Below are positions 8,905-17,415 of a stretch of DNA of 36,828 nt, piece by piece. Source of the stretch: Nitrospinota bacterium. GTDB lineage: Bacteria > UBA8248. The notes beneath the pieces are model-generated. The model saw nothing but the letters and a program-made list of their open reading frames with translations, was not told the origin of the DNA and made no database searches. Both the position numbers and the translations under genes were made by a program. Location: positions 1 to 36,828 of the forward strand of contig JASLZZ010000119.1 of NCBI GenBank assembly GCA_030754595.1, written 5' to 3'. The first letter of the stretch is position 1. Each line of letters opens with the position of its first letter.

Positions 8905-10614
8905 TTGAATTCATTTTCAAGGAATCGTTGGGGCATTTATTCCTTGGCCTTGTGCATCGGACTGTTCCTGCTCATTTTTCTCATCGTTCCAGTCGTCAAA
9001 GTCATCTACGTTGCCTTCCAGGATCCCAATACGGGTGCCCTGACTCTAATCAATTTCATTGATTTCTTTAGTACTTCTTTGTTTCAAGAATCGTTCCTGA
9101 ATTCTCTTTACGTCGCCAGTATGTCGGTACTGCTCGCGTCAGTAGTTTCGATTCCGCTGGCGTATTTCACGACGCGGTTTAATTTCGGTGGCGCTGTTCT
9201 GATCCAGACCTTGGGTATCATTCCCTTGATCATGCCGCCGTTTGTCGGTGCCGTAGCCATGCTTCTGTTGTTTGGCGAAAATGGTTCGGCGAACCTGCTT
9301 ATCAACGAATGGTTTGGCTTTACCATCCCCTTCATGGAAGGGCTCAACGGTGTCATTTTAGTTGAGTCTATCCATTATTTTCCGTTTATCTTGATCAATC
9401 TGTCGGCAGCTCTTTTAAATATTGATCGGTCCATGGAAGAATCGGCACAGAACCTAGGCGCTAGCGGAACGAGGCTGTTCCGGCGCATCGTTTTTCCGTT
9501 GGCCATGCCCGGATACGTCGCCGGAGCGTCATTGGTGTTCTTGAAAGTTTTTGATGACTTAGGGACACCGTTATTACTGAACATCAACAATATGTTGGCC
9601 CCGCAGGCGTATCTCCGGATTTCTTCCATAGGCATATCCGATCCAATGGGCTATGTGATTTCGGTAATCCTGGTCGTTTTTTCGCTGTTTTCGATGTGGG
9701 TGTCGTTGCTGGCACTTAAGGGCAAAGACTATTCCACCGTTCAAAAAGGAGGTGGCGGCCTGATGAAACGCGACCTCAGGCCGTGGGAAAAGATTGGCTG
9801 CTACGCGGTTGTCATTCTTATTCTGGTTTTTGTTTTGTCACCACACATTGGTTTAGGGCTATTAAGCTTCGGAACCATCTGGTCGTTTAGCGTGATGCCC
9901 GATGCTTTCACTTTTGCGCACTACGGCAACATGTTCAGGGCGGCGGATCAATACATATACAATACGTTGCTCTACGCCGGATTGGCGGCGCTAATCGACG
10001 TGATCCTCGGCACCGCCATAGCCTATTTGGTATTGCGGACAGGGGTGGTCGGGCGTAAATGGCTAGACTACGTTGCTTCGGGGGCGGTGGCGATACCCGG
10101 TGTTGTGCTCGGCATTGGGTATTTACGGACTTTTGTCGAATTCAACGTGCCTATCGTCGACAAACCATTGGCATCATGGTGGGTAATTATCGTCATCTCG
10201 CTGGCCGTCCGCCGTCTGCCTTATGCGTTGCGCGCCTGCATGGCCGGGTTGCAACAGGTCAGTGTCATGCTGGAGGAAGCCTCCGAAAACTTAGGCGCCA
10301 CTAAATCGCGCACAGTTATGCGCATTGTCGTGCCGCTAATGTCAGGAGGAATTATGGCTGGCTTTATTACCAGTTTCGCAACTGCGTCGGTTGAATTGTC
10401 GGCCACCATCATGCTGGTGTCGGCCGAATCTGACGCACCGTTGGCTTACGGCATTTACGAATTCATGCAATCGGCAGCGGGTCGGGGGCCGGGGGCGGCG
10501 TTGGGCATCATTGCCGTCGTCATTGTCGGCATCGCCACTTATATTTCACATCGTGTCATAAAAAACTTTGAGAAAAAACGCACCGCCGGTGTTGTCGTTA
10601 CCGAAGGAGTTTAA
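8905..10614 (+). CDS. ABC permease, FbpB-type with two fused TM domains
   Basis: Two EAA-like loops (MEESAQNLGAS, LEEASENLGAT), multiple TM helices; TTG start after GGAG. Confidence 0.93.
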   Translation: MNSFSRNRWGIYSLALCIGLFLLIFLIVPVVKVIYVAFQDPNTGALTLINFIDFFSTSLFQESFLNSLYVASMSVLLASVVSIPLAYFTTRFNFGGAVLIQTLGIIPLIMPPFVGAVAMLLLFGENGSANLLINEWFGFTIPFMEGLNGVILVESIHYFPFILINLSAALLNIDRSMEESAQNLGASGTRLFRRIVFPLAMPGYVAGASLVFLKVFDDLGTPLLLNINNMLAPQAYLRISSIGISDPMGYVISVILVVFSLFSMWVSLLALKGKDYSTVQKGGGGLMKRDLRPWEKIGCYAVVILILVFVLSPHIGLGLLSFGTIWSFSVMPDAFTFAHYGNMFRAADQYIYNTLLYAGLAALIDVILGTAIAYLVLRTGVVGRKWLDYVASGAVAIPGVVLGIGYLRTFVEFNVPIVDKPLASWWVIIVISLAVRRLPYALRACMAGLQQVSVMLEEASENLGATKSRTVMRIVVPLMSGGIMAGFITSFATASVELSATIMLVSAESDAPLAYGIYEFMQSAAGRGPGAALGIIAVVIVGIATYISHRVIKNFEKKRTAGVVVTEGV

Positions 10615-10617
10615 AAA

Positions 10618-11712
10618 ATGTCAGAAATCAGACTTGAGGCCGTCGGTGTCACCATCGAAAATGTCAGTCTTTCATTTGGTGCGACCGAAGTGTTGAAGGG
10701 AATCAATTTAAACATCGAGGCGGGGGAATTCTTTACATTCCTGGGCCCCTCGGGGTCAGGAAAATCGACTCTGTTGAGGGCCATTGCCGGCTTTGGGCCC
10801 GCTCCCGGCGGAAAAATCCTGATTGGCGACGATGATGTTATCAAATTGCCGCCCTGGAAGCGCAATGTCGGTTTGGTGTTCCAAAGCTATGCCTTGTGGC
10901 CACATATGACAGTGCACAAAAATGTAGCCTTCGGCCTGGAGGAGCGCAAAGTAGCCCCTAAGGAAATCACAGATCGGGTGAACACGGTTTTAGGTATGGT
11001 CGGCCTCAGGGACTACGCTGACCGTCATCCGTCCCAGCTTTCTGGCGGGCAGCAGCAGCGCGTGGCGCTAGCTCGCACGATCGTTGTTGAACCCCGGGTG
11101 TTGCTGCTGGATGAACCATTGTCAAATCTGGACGCCAATCTGCGCGTGCAGATGCGGATCGATATTCTGGAACTGCAACGTAAACTTAAACTCACCACCA
11201 TATTTGTGACTCACGATCAGGAAGAAGCCAATACCATGTCGGACCGAATTGCTGTACTCAACAACGGTGTCACACAGCAGGTGGGTTCGCCCATCGATCT
11301 GTACGACAAACCGGCCAATCGTTTCGTCGCCGATTTCCTGGGTACGGCTAATTTCATCGACGGTCATGTGGAAAAAAAGGAAGGGAAATCCGTATTTCGT
11401 TCTGGAGACGGCACCACTTTCGTCATTGACGATGAAGGCATCAAAACTGGCAGCGGCCTCACCGCCATGTTTCGGCCACAGGCCCTGAGTTTCGGTGCCC
11501 CCACCGAAGAGAGCCCCGCCGGTGGCGCTGTCTTGACGGGTAACGTCCGGCACCGAGAATTCCTGGGCAGTCTTATTCGTTATTCAGTTCAGGCTGGGGC
11601 TCATGTGATCTTGGCCGAAGATTCCCATCAGGCCGGACGCCAGGTGTTTGATATCGGCGACGGTGTGGCGTTGAACCTAGATATGAATCAGGTGCGGATA
11701 CTCTCAAGTTAA
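10618..11712 (+). CDS. ABC ATP-binding protein (PotA/FbpC-type)
   Basis: Walker [42 protein letters not shown]-terminal TOBE-like region. Confidence 0.95.
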   Translation: MSEIRLEAVGVTIENVSLSFGATEVLKGINLNIEAGEFFTFLGPSGSGKSTLLRAIAGFGPAPGGKILIGDDDVIKLPPWKRNVGLVFQSYALWPHMTVHKNVAFGLEERKVAPKEITDRVNTVLGMVGLRDYADRHPSQLSGGQQQRVALARTIVVEPRVLLLDEPLSNLDANLRVQMRIDILELQRKLKLTTIFVTHDQEEANTMSDRIAVLNNGVTQQVGSPIDLYDKPANRFVADFLGTANFIDGHVEKKEGKSVFRSGDGTTFVIDDEGIKTGSGLTAMFRPQALSFGAPTEESPAGGAVLTGNVRHREFLGSLIRYSVQAGAHVILAEDSHQAGRQVFDIGDGVALNLDMNQVRILSS

Positions 11713-12009
11713 AATGAAAAGGATGACCCGTGCTTGTCGAATTAGCAGTTCTGACCGAAATTTAGGCTTTTCTTAGCCTTAGGCCGAATGACATACCCTA
11801 GTTCACCATGATATATTAGCTCCATTCACGATAATTAGTGGTCTTGCGTTCTAGAACTTAATTTTCTTGAGACCGAGGTGTCCCCGGATGTCGGACCGCC
11901 CTTGGGAGCGGTCCCATGAAGAACGGGTTGTCAATCACCGCTTGGGCTCCACCGCGTTGGTTTAAAAGACCAACCAAAGTGGGCCCCTCTCATTCACGGA
12001 GGAATTAAA

Positions 12010-13008
12010 ATGAATTCGCGGAATTGGACACGTCGCTTCACCCATCTCTGGATCGTGGCACTGGCTCTCGTTATAACGGCCGCCTGGAGCCTGCCCAGCG
12101 CGGAGGCCGCCTGGAAACCCACCCGCCCAATTGAATTCGTCATCATGGCCGGCAAGGGTGGAGGCGCCGACCGCATCGCCCGCCTCATGCAGAAGATCGT
12201 GACGCAGAACAACTGGTCTCCTCAGCCCCTCGTCCCGATCAACAAAAAAGGCGGCTCGGGCGCCGAGGCGATGCTCTACATGAAATCGAAGCAGGGCAAC
12301 CCCCACGTCATCCTCGTGACGCTGAACAGCTTCTTCACCACCCCCGCCCTGCGGAAACTCCCCGTCAGCTACAAGAACTTCACCCCCATCTACCGCCTCG
12401 CGATGGATACGTTCCTCCTCTGGGTGAACAAAAAATCCGGAATCACCAACGTCGATCAGTTCGTCAAGGCCGTGAAGGCCAAGGGCGGAAAATGGACGAT
12501 GGGCGGCACCGGCAAAATGCAGGAAGATCAGCTCGTCACAAACATGCTGAGTCAGGCCTACGGGCTCAAGGGCCTCATCACATACGTCCCCTTCCGGGGC
12601 GGCGGAACGGTGGCCAAGAACCTCGCCGGTGGACACCTCGACTCGACGGTGAACAACCCGGCCGAGGGTCTGCCGCACACACCGAACAAGATGGTGCCGA
12701 TCGCGGCGCTTACACCCAAGCGCATTCCGGCCTTCCCGAACGTTCCCACCTTCGCGGAGCTCGGAAAACCGAGCCTTGTCTATTTCATGATGCGCAGCAT
12801 CAACGCTCCCGGCGGCATTCCGGCTGGCGCGACAAAGTGGTACAGCAACCTTTTCACGAAACTCTGCAACTCGGACGCGTGGAAGACATACACCAAGAAG
12901 AAGGCCCTCAACCGCGCCTGCCTGACCGGCGGGCCGCTGGCCTCCTTCTTCGCGGACGAAGACGTCAAGCACAAAAAACTTCTCAAGGGAATGGGACTTA
13001 TCAAGTAA
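12010..13008 (+). CDS. tctC: Tripartite tricarboxylate transporter substrate-binding protein (Bug/TctC)
   Basis: Signal peptide; WKPTRPIEFVI, GGGADRIAR, YVPFRGGG, PNVPTFAELG; GGAGG RBS. Confidence 0.92.
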   Translation: MNSRNWTRRFTHLWIVALALVITAAWSLPSAEAAWKPTRPIEFVIMAGKGGGADRIARLMQKIVTQNNWSPQPLVPINKKGGSGAEAMLYMKSKQGNPHVILVTLNSFFTTPALRKLPVSYKNFTPIYRLAMDTFLLWVNKKSGITNVDQFVKAVKAKGGKWTMGGTGKMQEDQLVTNMLSQAYGLKGLITYVPFRGGGTVAKNLAGGHLDSTVNNPAEGLPHTPNKMVPIAALTPKRIPAFPNVPTFAELGKPSLVYFMMRSINAPGGIPAGATKWYSNLFTKLCNSDAWKTYTKKKALNRACLTGGPLASFFADEDVKHKKLLKGMGLIK

Positions 13009-13020
13009 CGTGAATCTTCA

Positions 13021-13533
13021 ATGCGCTTAATGGACAGAGCGGTCGCCGCGGTCCTGTTCCTCATCGGCCTCTGCGTCGCATGGAAATCAACCGAACTGCC
13101 GATCGGAATTCTCCCCAAGGAAGGGCCGGGAGGGGGATTTCTCCCCTTCTGGCTCTCCCTGGGGATTTCCCTGGCCGCGGCGGGGGTGTTCGTCCAAAGC
13201 TTCTTTGGCGGCTCCGCAGAGGGGGAGGGAGCTGACGCACCCGCAGAAGAACCGTTTATCTCCTGGGAGAGTTTCACCGATATTCTCCGGGTCGGGATTC
13301 CCGGCCTGATCATGATTCTCCTTACGAGCACCATCTCCATTTATTTCGCGTCCGCGGCGTTCGTTTTCTATTGCCTTTTCTATGTCGGGCGGCACGGCCT
13401 CAAGACAAGTTTGTCGGTGGCCGTCGGCGTGCCGATCGGGGTCTTTTTCATCTTCGAGAAATTCCTGATTATCCCGCTGCCCAAGGGTTTTGCAGAGCCC
13501 TTGTTTTACCTGGAATGGGGTTCTTTTTTTTAA
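13021..13533 (+). CDS. tctB: Tripartite tricarboxylate transporter small membrane subunit
   Basis: GPGGGFLPFWL and FEKFLIIPLPKG motifs, about 4-5 TM helices, between tctC and tctA. Confidence 0.9.
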   Translation: MRLMDRAVAAVLFLIGLCVAWKSTELPIGILPKEGPGGGFLPFWLSLGISLAAAGVFVQSFFGGSAEGEGADAPAEEPFISWESFTDILRVGIPGLIMILLTSTISIYFASAAFVFYCLFYVGRHGLKTSLSVAVGVPIGVFFIFEKFLIIPLPKGFAEPLFYLEWGSFF

Positions 13534-13679
13534 TGCCGGACTGAACCGCATTCTCCCGAATCGGCAGTTTTTTAGGACAAGTCTCTGGTTAAGACCAGGG
13601 CCTCCGGCCCGGCCGGACCATCTGTGACGGCGGCGGAGAAATTAGCGCAATGAGCATTTCGTTTTAAGGAGCGCTTCGC

Positions 13680-15194
13680 GTGGAAATTCTGGGAAATCTT
13701 TTCTACGGGCTCGGCATCGCGCTCTCGCCCGAGAACCTGTTGATGGCCTTGATCGGGGTGGTCCTCGGCGTCGCCATCGGGGCGATGCCGGGGCTCGGCT
13801 CGGTCAATGGGGTGGCGATCTTGCTCCCGATCACCTACGCGGTGCCGCCCACGAGCGCCATTATTTTTCTCGCCGCCATCTACTACGGGGCGATGTACGG
13901 CGGCGCGATCAGCTCGATCACGCTGAACATCCCCGGCGCATCGACGGCGGTCGCCACCACCTTCGACGGCTACCCGCTCGCCCAAAAGGGCCAGGCGGCC
14001 GACGCCCTGGTAACCGCGGCGGTGGCCAGCTTCATCGGCGGCACGATTTCGATTGTCCTCTTCACCTTTTTTGCTCCCCCACTGGCGGAGTTCGCCCTAC
14101 GGTTCGGGCCGCCCGAGGAATTCGCCGTCGTCTTCCTCGCCTACGGAACCTTCGCCGGACTCGGCGGCGAGAGCCCCATCAAGACCCTCATCGCGACCCT
14201 GATGGGCCTGCTCATGTCCACCGTCGGCACGGATATCGTCAGCGGCTCGCCGCGGCTGATCTTCGCCGACATCACGGGTTTTTATCACGGCATCAATTTC
14301 CTCGTCCTGGCCATCGGCCTCTACGGGGTGGGCGAGATCTTCTACACCCTCGAGGGGGGGATGCAGGCGCGCGAGCGATACCAGGCGAAAGTGGGCATCC
14401 GGGAGATCGCGGCGACGATCCGCGATCTGAGGCGCTACACCACCACCCTCCTTCGCGGCTCGCTTTTGGGGTTTTTCGTCGGAATGCTCCCGGCGGCGGG
14501 CGCCACCCCGGCGAGTTTCATGAGCTACTCCATCGCCAAGCGTTTCTCGAAGGAGTCCGGCCAATTCGGCAAGGGGACCATCGAGGGCGTCGCCGCCCCC
14601 GAGTGCGCCAACAACGCCGCCAGCACGGGCGCGATGCTCCCGATGCTGACGCTGGGGATTCCCGGGTCTCCGACGACGGCGGTCATGCTGGGCGCCCTCT
14701 ATGTCTGGGGCCTGGTTCCGGGCCCGCGTCTTTTCATCGAGAACGCCGACTTTGTCTGGGGGCTGACTGGAAGCCTCTACATCGCCAACGCCCTCGCCGT
14801 CCTCGTCGCCCTGTTCGCCATCCCCTTCTTCATCTGGATGCTGCGGATGCCGATGACGATCCTCGCGCCCGTGATACTGGTGGTCTGCGCCGTGGGCGGC
14901 TTCTCCCCGACACAGGACATGTTCGACGTTTACCTGATGTTCTTCTTCGGGGCGATCGGCTATTTTTTCCGCAAGCTCGACTATCCCCTGGCCCCGATGG
15001 TCCTCGCCCTCGTCCTGGGCGGGCTCACCGAGCGCACCTTTCGCCAGAGCTTGATCATCAGCCACGGGAGCATCGGAATTTTTTTCGATTTCTCGGGCCA
15101 CCCCATCGCCGCGACGCTGATGTGGCTCTCGGTCGCCACCTTCGCGGTGCCCGTAATCTCATACTTCCTGGGCAAGCGGCGGTTAAAATTCTAG
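13680..15194 (+). CDS. tctA: Tripartite tricarboxylate transporter large membrane subunit
   Basis: GAMPGLG, YYGAMYGGAIS, GVAAPECANNA, LTLGIPGS; GTG start after AAGGAG. Confidence 0.95.
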   Translation: MEILGNLFYGLGIALSPENLLMALIGVVLGVAIGAMPGLGSVNGVAILLPITYAVPPTSAIIFLAAIYYGAMYGGAISSITLNIPGASTAVATTFDGYPLAQKGQAADALVTAAVASFIGGTISIVLFTFFAPPLAEFALRFGPPEEFAVVFLAYGTFAGLGGESPIKTLIATLMGLLMSTVGTDIVSGSPRLIFADITGFYHGINFLVLAIGLYGVGEIFYTLEGGMQARERYQAKVGIREIAATIRDLRRYTTTLLRGSLLGFFVGMLPAAGATPASFMSYSIAKRFSKESGQFGKGTIEGVAAPECANNAASTGAMLPMLTLGIPGSPTTAVMLGALYVWGLVPGPRLFIENADFVWGLTGSLYIANALAVLVALFAIPFFIWMLRMPMTILAPVILVVCAVGGFSPTQDMFDVYLMFFFGAIGYFFRKLDYPLAPMVLALVLGGLTERTFRQSLIISHGSIGIFFDFSGHPIAATLMWLSVATFAVPVISYFLGKRRLKF

Positions 15195-15265
15195 GCGCCC
15201 CGATTTCCCGGGCAAGTCCTCGCCCTTCCCTTCGCGGGAAGTCTCGCCCAGTAAAAACTCGACCG

Positions 15266-15300
15266 AAAAAAAACGGGCAGGACCGTACCAGATCCCGCCC
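15266..15300 (-). terminator. Rho-independent terminator downstream of the FGE-family gene
   Basis: Minus strand GGGCGGGATC-loop-GGTCCTGCCC followed by G and a T8 run. Confidence 0.7.
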
Positions 15301-15371
15301 ACTCTAATATCATTTTATTTCGCTGATGCGGCTTCCATCACCCGGCGTCCACAACCGGCTTCCACCACCAA

Positions 15372-15389
15372 TCTCCGGGACCCCGGAGA
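15372..15389 (-). promoter_or_regulatory. Putative bacterial SECIS element
   Basis: Minus strand TCTCCGG-GGTC-CCGGAGA: 7-bp stem with a GGUC loop starting 22 nt after the TGA at 15407-15405, with no U-tract behind it. Confidence 0.65.
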
Positions 15390-16292
15390 CTATTCGTTCG
15401 CCGCTCAGCGAAAACCCAGATTCAGGTTCTTGTACCAGGGCTCAAAGCCCTCGCGCGCCGAGCAGCGCAGGCCGTCCTCTATGTAGTCCCATCCGCACCC
15501 GCGCGCCACCTTGGCCGTCCAGGCATACCCCCCCCGACGGGGAAGCCAGCCCTCGGCGTCGCCGAAGCGTATTTTATAAATGTCCTTGTCGCGCCCCAGT
15601 ATCTCGAAGCGCTCCCCCCGCTTCACCTCGCCCAGCGTCAGGCTCCCCCCGCCCGGCACGGCGAACACCGAAATCCGGGCGACGGCCACCTCGAATGTCG
15701 GAAACAACGGCCCGCCGGGGTCCTCGTCCGGGGCGCTGCGGTAGTAGAAGGCATCAAACCAATCGTTCACCCACTCGTAGGCGTTTCCGGCCATCTGGAG
15801 ACACCCGTAAGGGGAGGCGCTCCCCGGTAGCGCATCCGCCGGAAGCGTCCGCCTCTCCTCACCGCCGCTGTATTGCGCCACCTCGGGCAATGGGTCGCCC
15901 TCTCCCCAGGGGTATTTTCTCCCGTCCGCGCCCCGCGCCGCCTTCTCCCACTCCGCCTCGGTGGGTAGGCGCTTTCCGGCCCAGCGGCAATAGGCCTCGG
16001 CCTCCTCCCAAGCGACACTGACGACCGGCTGGCGGGGGCCGACAAAATCGTCTTTCGCGAACGAGGGCGGCGGCGCGAAGGCCTTCATCTCCTCCAAAAA
16101 GCGGCGATACTGCCCGTTGGTCACCTGAAGCTTGTCGATCCAAAACCTGGAGAGCGTCACCCGCCGCTGCGGTTGCTCGTCATGGTCTCCCAGGTCGGAG
16201 CCCATCAGGAACTCCCCCGAGGGAACGCTGACCATCAAGGCGCCGTCCCTGCTCTCGCGCTCTCCGCTTTCCTCGTTCATCTTCTTCTCCAT
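15390..16292 (-). CDS. FGE/SUMF1 (formylglycine-generating enzyme-like) domain protein with inserted SH3-like domain; probable selenoprotein
   Basis: GEFLMGS, PVVSVAWEEAEAYCRWAGKRLPTEAEWEKAARG, MAGNAYEWVNDW; ends NLGFR-TGA-AANE-TAG. If TGA is a stop the CDS ends at 15405. Family call is confident; the Sec reading is inferred. Confidence 0.88.
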
Positions 16293-16311
16293 TTCATAAT
16301 CGACAGAGACG

Positions 16312-16341
16312 AAAAAAGACGGGACCCTCCCGGGCCCCGTC
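16312..16341 (-). terminator. Rho-independent terminator after the oxidoreductase beta subunit
   Basis: Minus strand GACGGGGCCC-GGGA-GGGTCCCGTC followed by T6. Confidence 0.78.
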
Positions 16342-16386
16342 CGGTTTCGGCTCGGGAGAATTTACGCTCCCCCCCGAAGATTCCTT

Positions 16387-17415
16387 CTACTTCTTGGACG
16401 AATCCTCGCCCAGCTTGAAGGGAATCACGCCGGGCATCGCCCATTCGTCCCACATTTTATTCACTTCATCCTGGAAGTACTGGTAATCCTCCTCGATGAA
16501 GTGGTGGAACCGACCCTGTGTCTCCAGGTACTCGCGGACCGACTTGCGGCTCCGGTTTCCATAAACCTGGCGCGCGGAGATACCGGTATAGGTCAACTCT
16601 TTGTTCGTCATCTCCCAAAGCGGGAAGAGGCCGCTCTCGACGGCCAGCTCGCCCAGCTTGTGAGAGTAGAACGGGTCGTAGTCCCAACCCTTGGGACAGG
16701 GGTCGAAGGTGTGAATAAACGAAGGGCCCGGCTCCTTGAGCCCTTTGCGCACCTTGTCGATCATGTCGGCCGGGTAGGACGCGTCGGCGGTCGCCACATA
16801 GTTGCACTTGGTGTGTCCGACGGCGTACATGGCCGCGATATTTTTCTTCCAGTTCTTGTACATGATCCGGATTTTCTTTCCCGGAGGGGTGAACGTGGTG
16901 TTCGCGCCCCAGGGAGAAGCGCCCGAGATCTGGATGTCGGTGTTCGCATACGACTCATTGTCGTAGCAGATGATCAGTATATTGTACTGGGTGTGCATGA
17001 GCGCCGCCGATATGGCCGAAACGCCCATGTCCACTCCGCCCCCGTCGCCGCAAAAGGCGATGACGTTGATGGGCTCTTCCTTCATTTTCCCCTTGCGCAT
17101 CAGGGCCCGGAGAGCGGCGGCGGTGCCGGTGGCCGCGGAGCCGGCCGAGCCGAGCTGGGTGTGCATCCAGGGCACAACCCAGGGGGTGGAGTAGTAGGTG
17201 GTGTTGGCCACGTACATGCAGCCCGTGCTGCCCAGAATGATGGAGCGGGGGCCGGCGGCCTTGGCCATGAGGCGCATGATGAGCGCGCTCTCGCAGCCCT
17301 GGCAGGTCCGGTGTCCGCTCGTGTAGTACTCCTCAACCGCTTTTTCCGGTATCTGATTCACCCTTCCCGTCAGGGGAAGGTCCTGCGTTCCGATGTGATA
17401 AACAGACTCACTCAT
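16387..17415 (-). CDS. 2-oxoacid:ferredoxin oxidoreductase beta subunit (TPP-binding), oxalate oxidoreductase-like
   Basis: GHRTCQGC, STGC, TPP motif GDGG...YDNESYANT, PCPKGW. Confidence 0.92.
   Translation of the reverse strand: MSESVYHIGTQDLPLTGRVNQIPEKAVEEYYTSGHRTCQGCESALIMRLMAKAAGPRSIILGSTGCMYVANTTYYSTPWVVPWMHTQLGSAGSAATGTAAALRALMRKGKMKEEPINVIAFCGDGGGVDMGVSAISAALMHTQYNILIICYDNESYANTDIQISGASPWGANTTFTPPGKKIRIMYKNWKKNIAAMYAVGHTKCNYVATADASYPADMIDKVRKGLKEPGPSFIHTFDPCPKGWDYDPFYSHKLGELAVESGLFPLWEMTNKELTYTGISARQVYGNRSRKSVREYLETQGRFHHFIEEDYQYFQDEVNKMWDEWAMPGVIPFKLGEDSSKK

Noticed and set aside
15329..15368. Short repeats here and at 6971-7030 as CRISPR arrays
   Set aside because: Units are 10-14 bp with no spacers, and there are no cas genes.
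15372..15389. Hairpin after the FGE-like gene as an intrinsic terminator
   Set aside because: No U-tract on either side, and a better terminator exists at 15266-15300; kept as SECIS candidate instead.
15390..16292. Call as a true formylglycine-generating enzyme, EgtB or selenoneine synthase
   Set aside because: Lacks the catalytic CxxxxC of FGE and the N-terminal DinB-like HxxxHxE iron-binding domain of EgtB/SenA.
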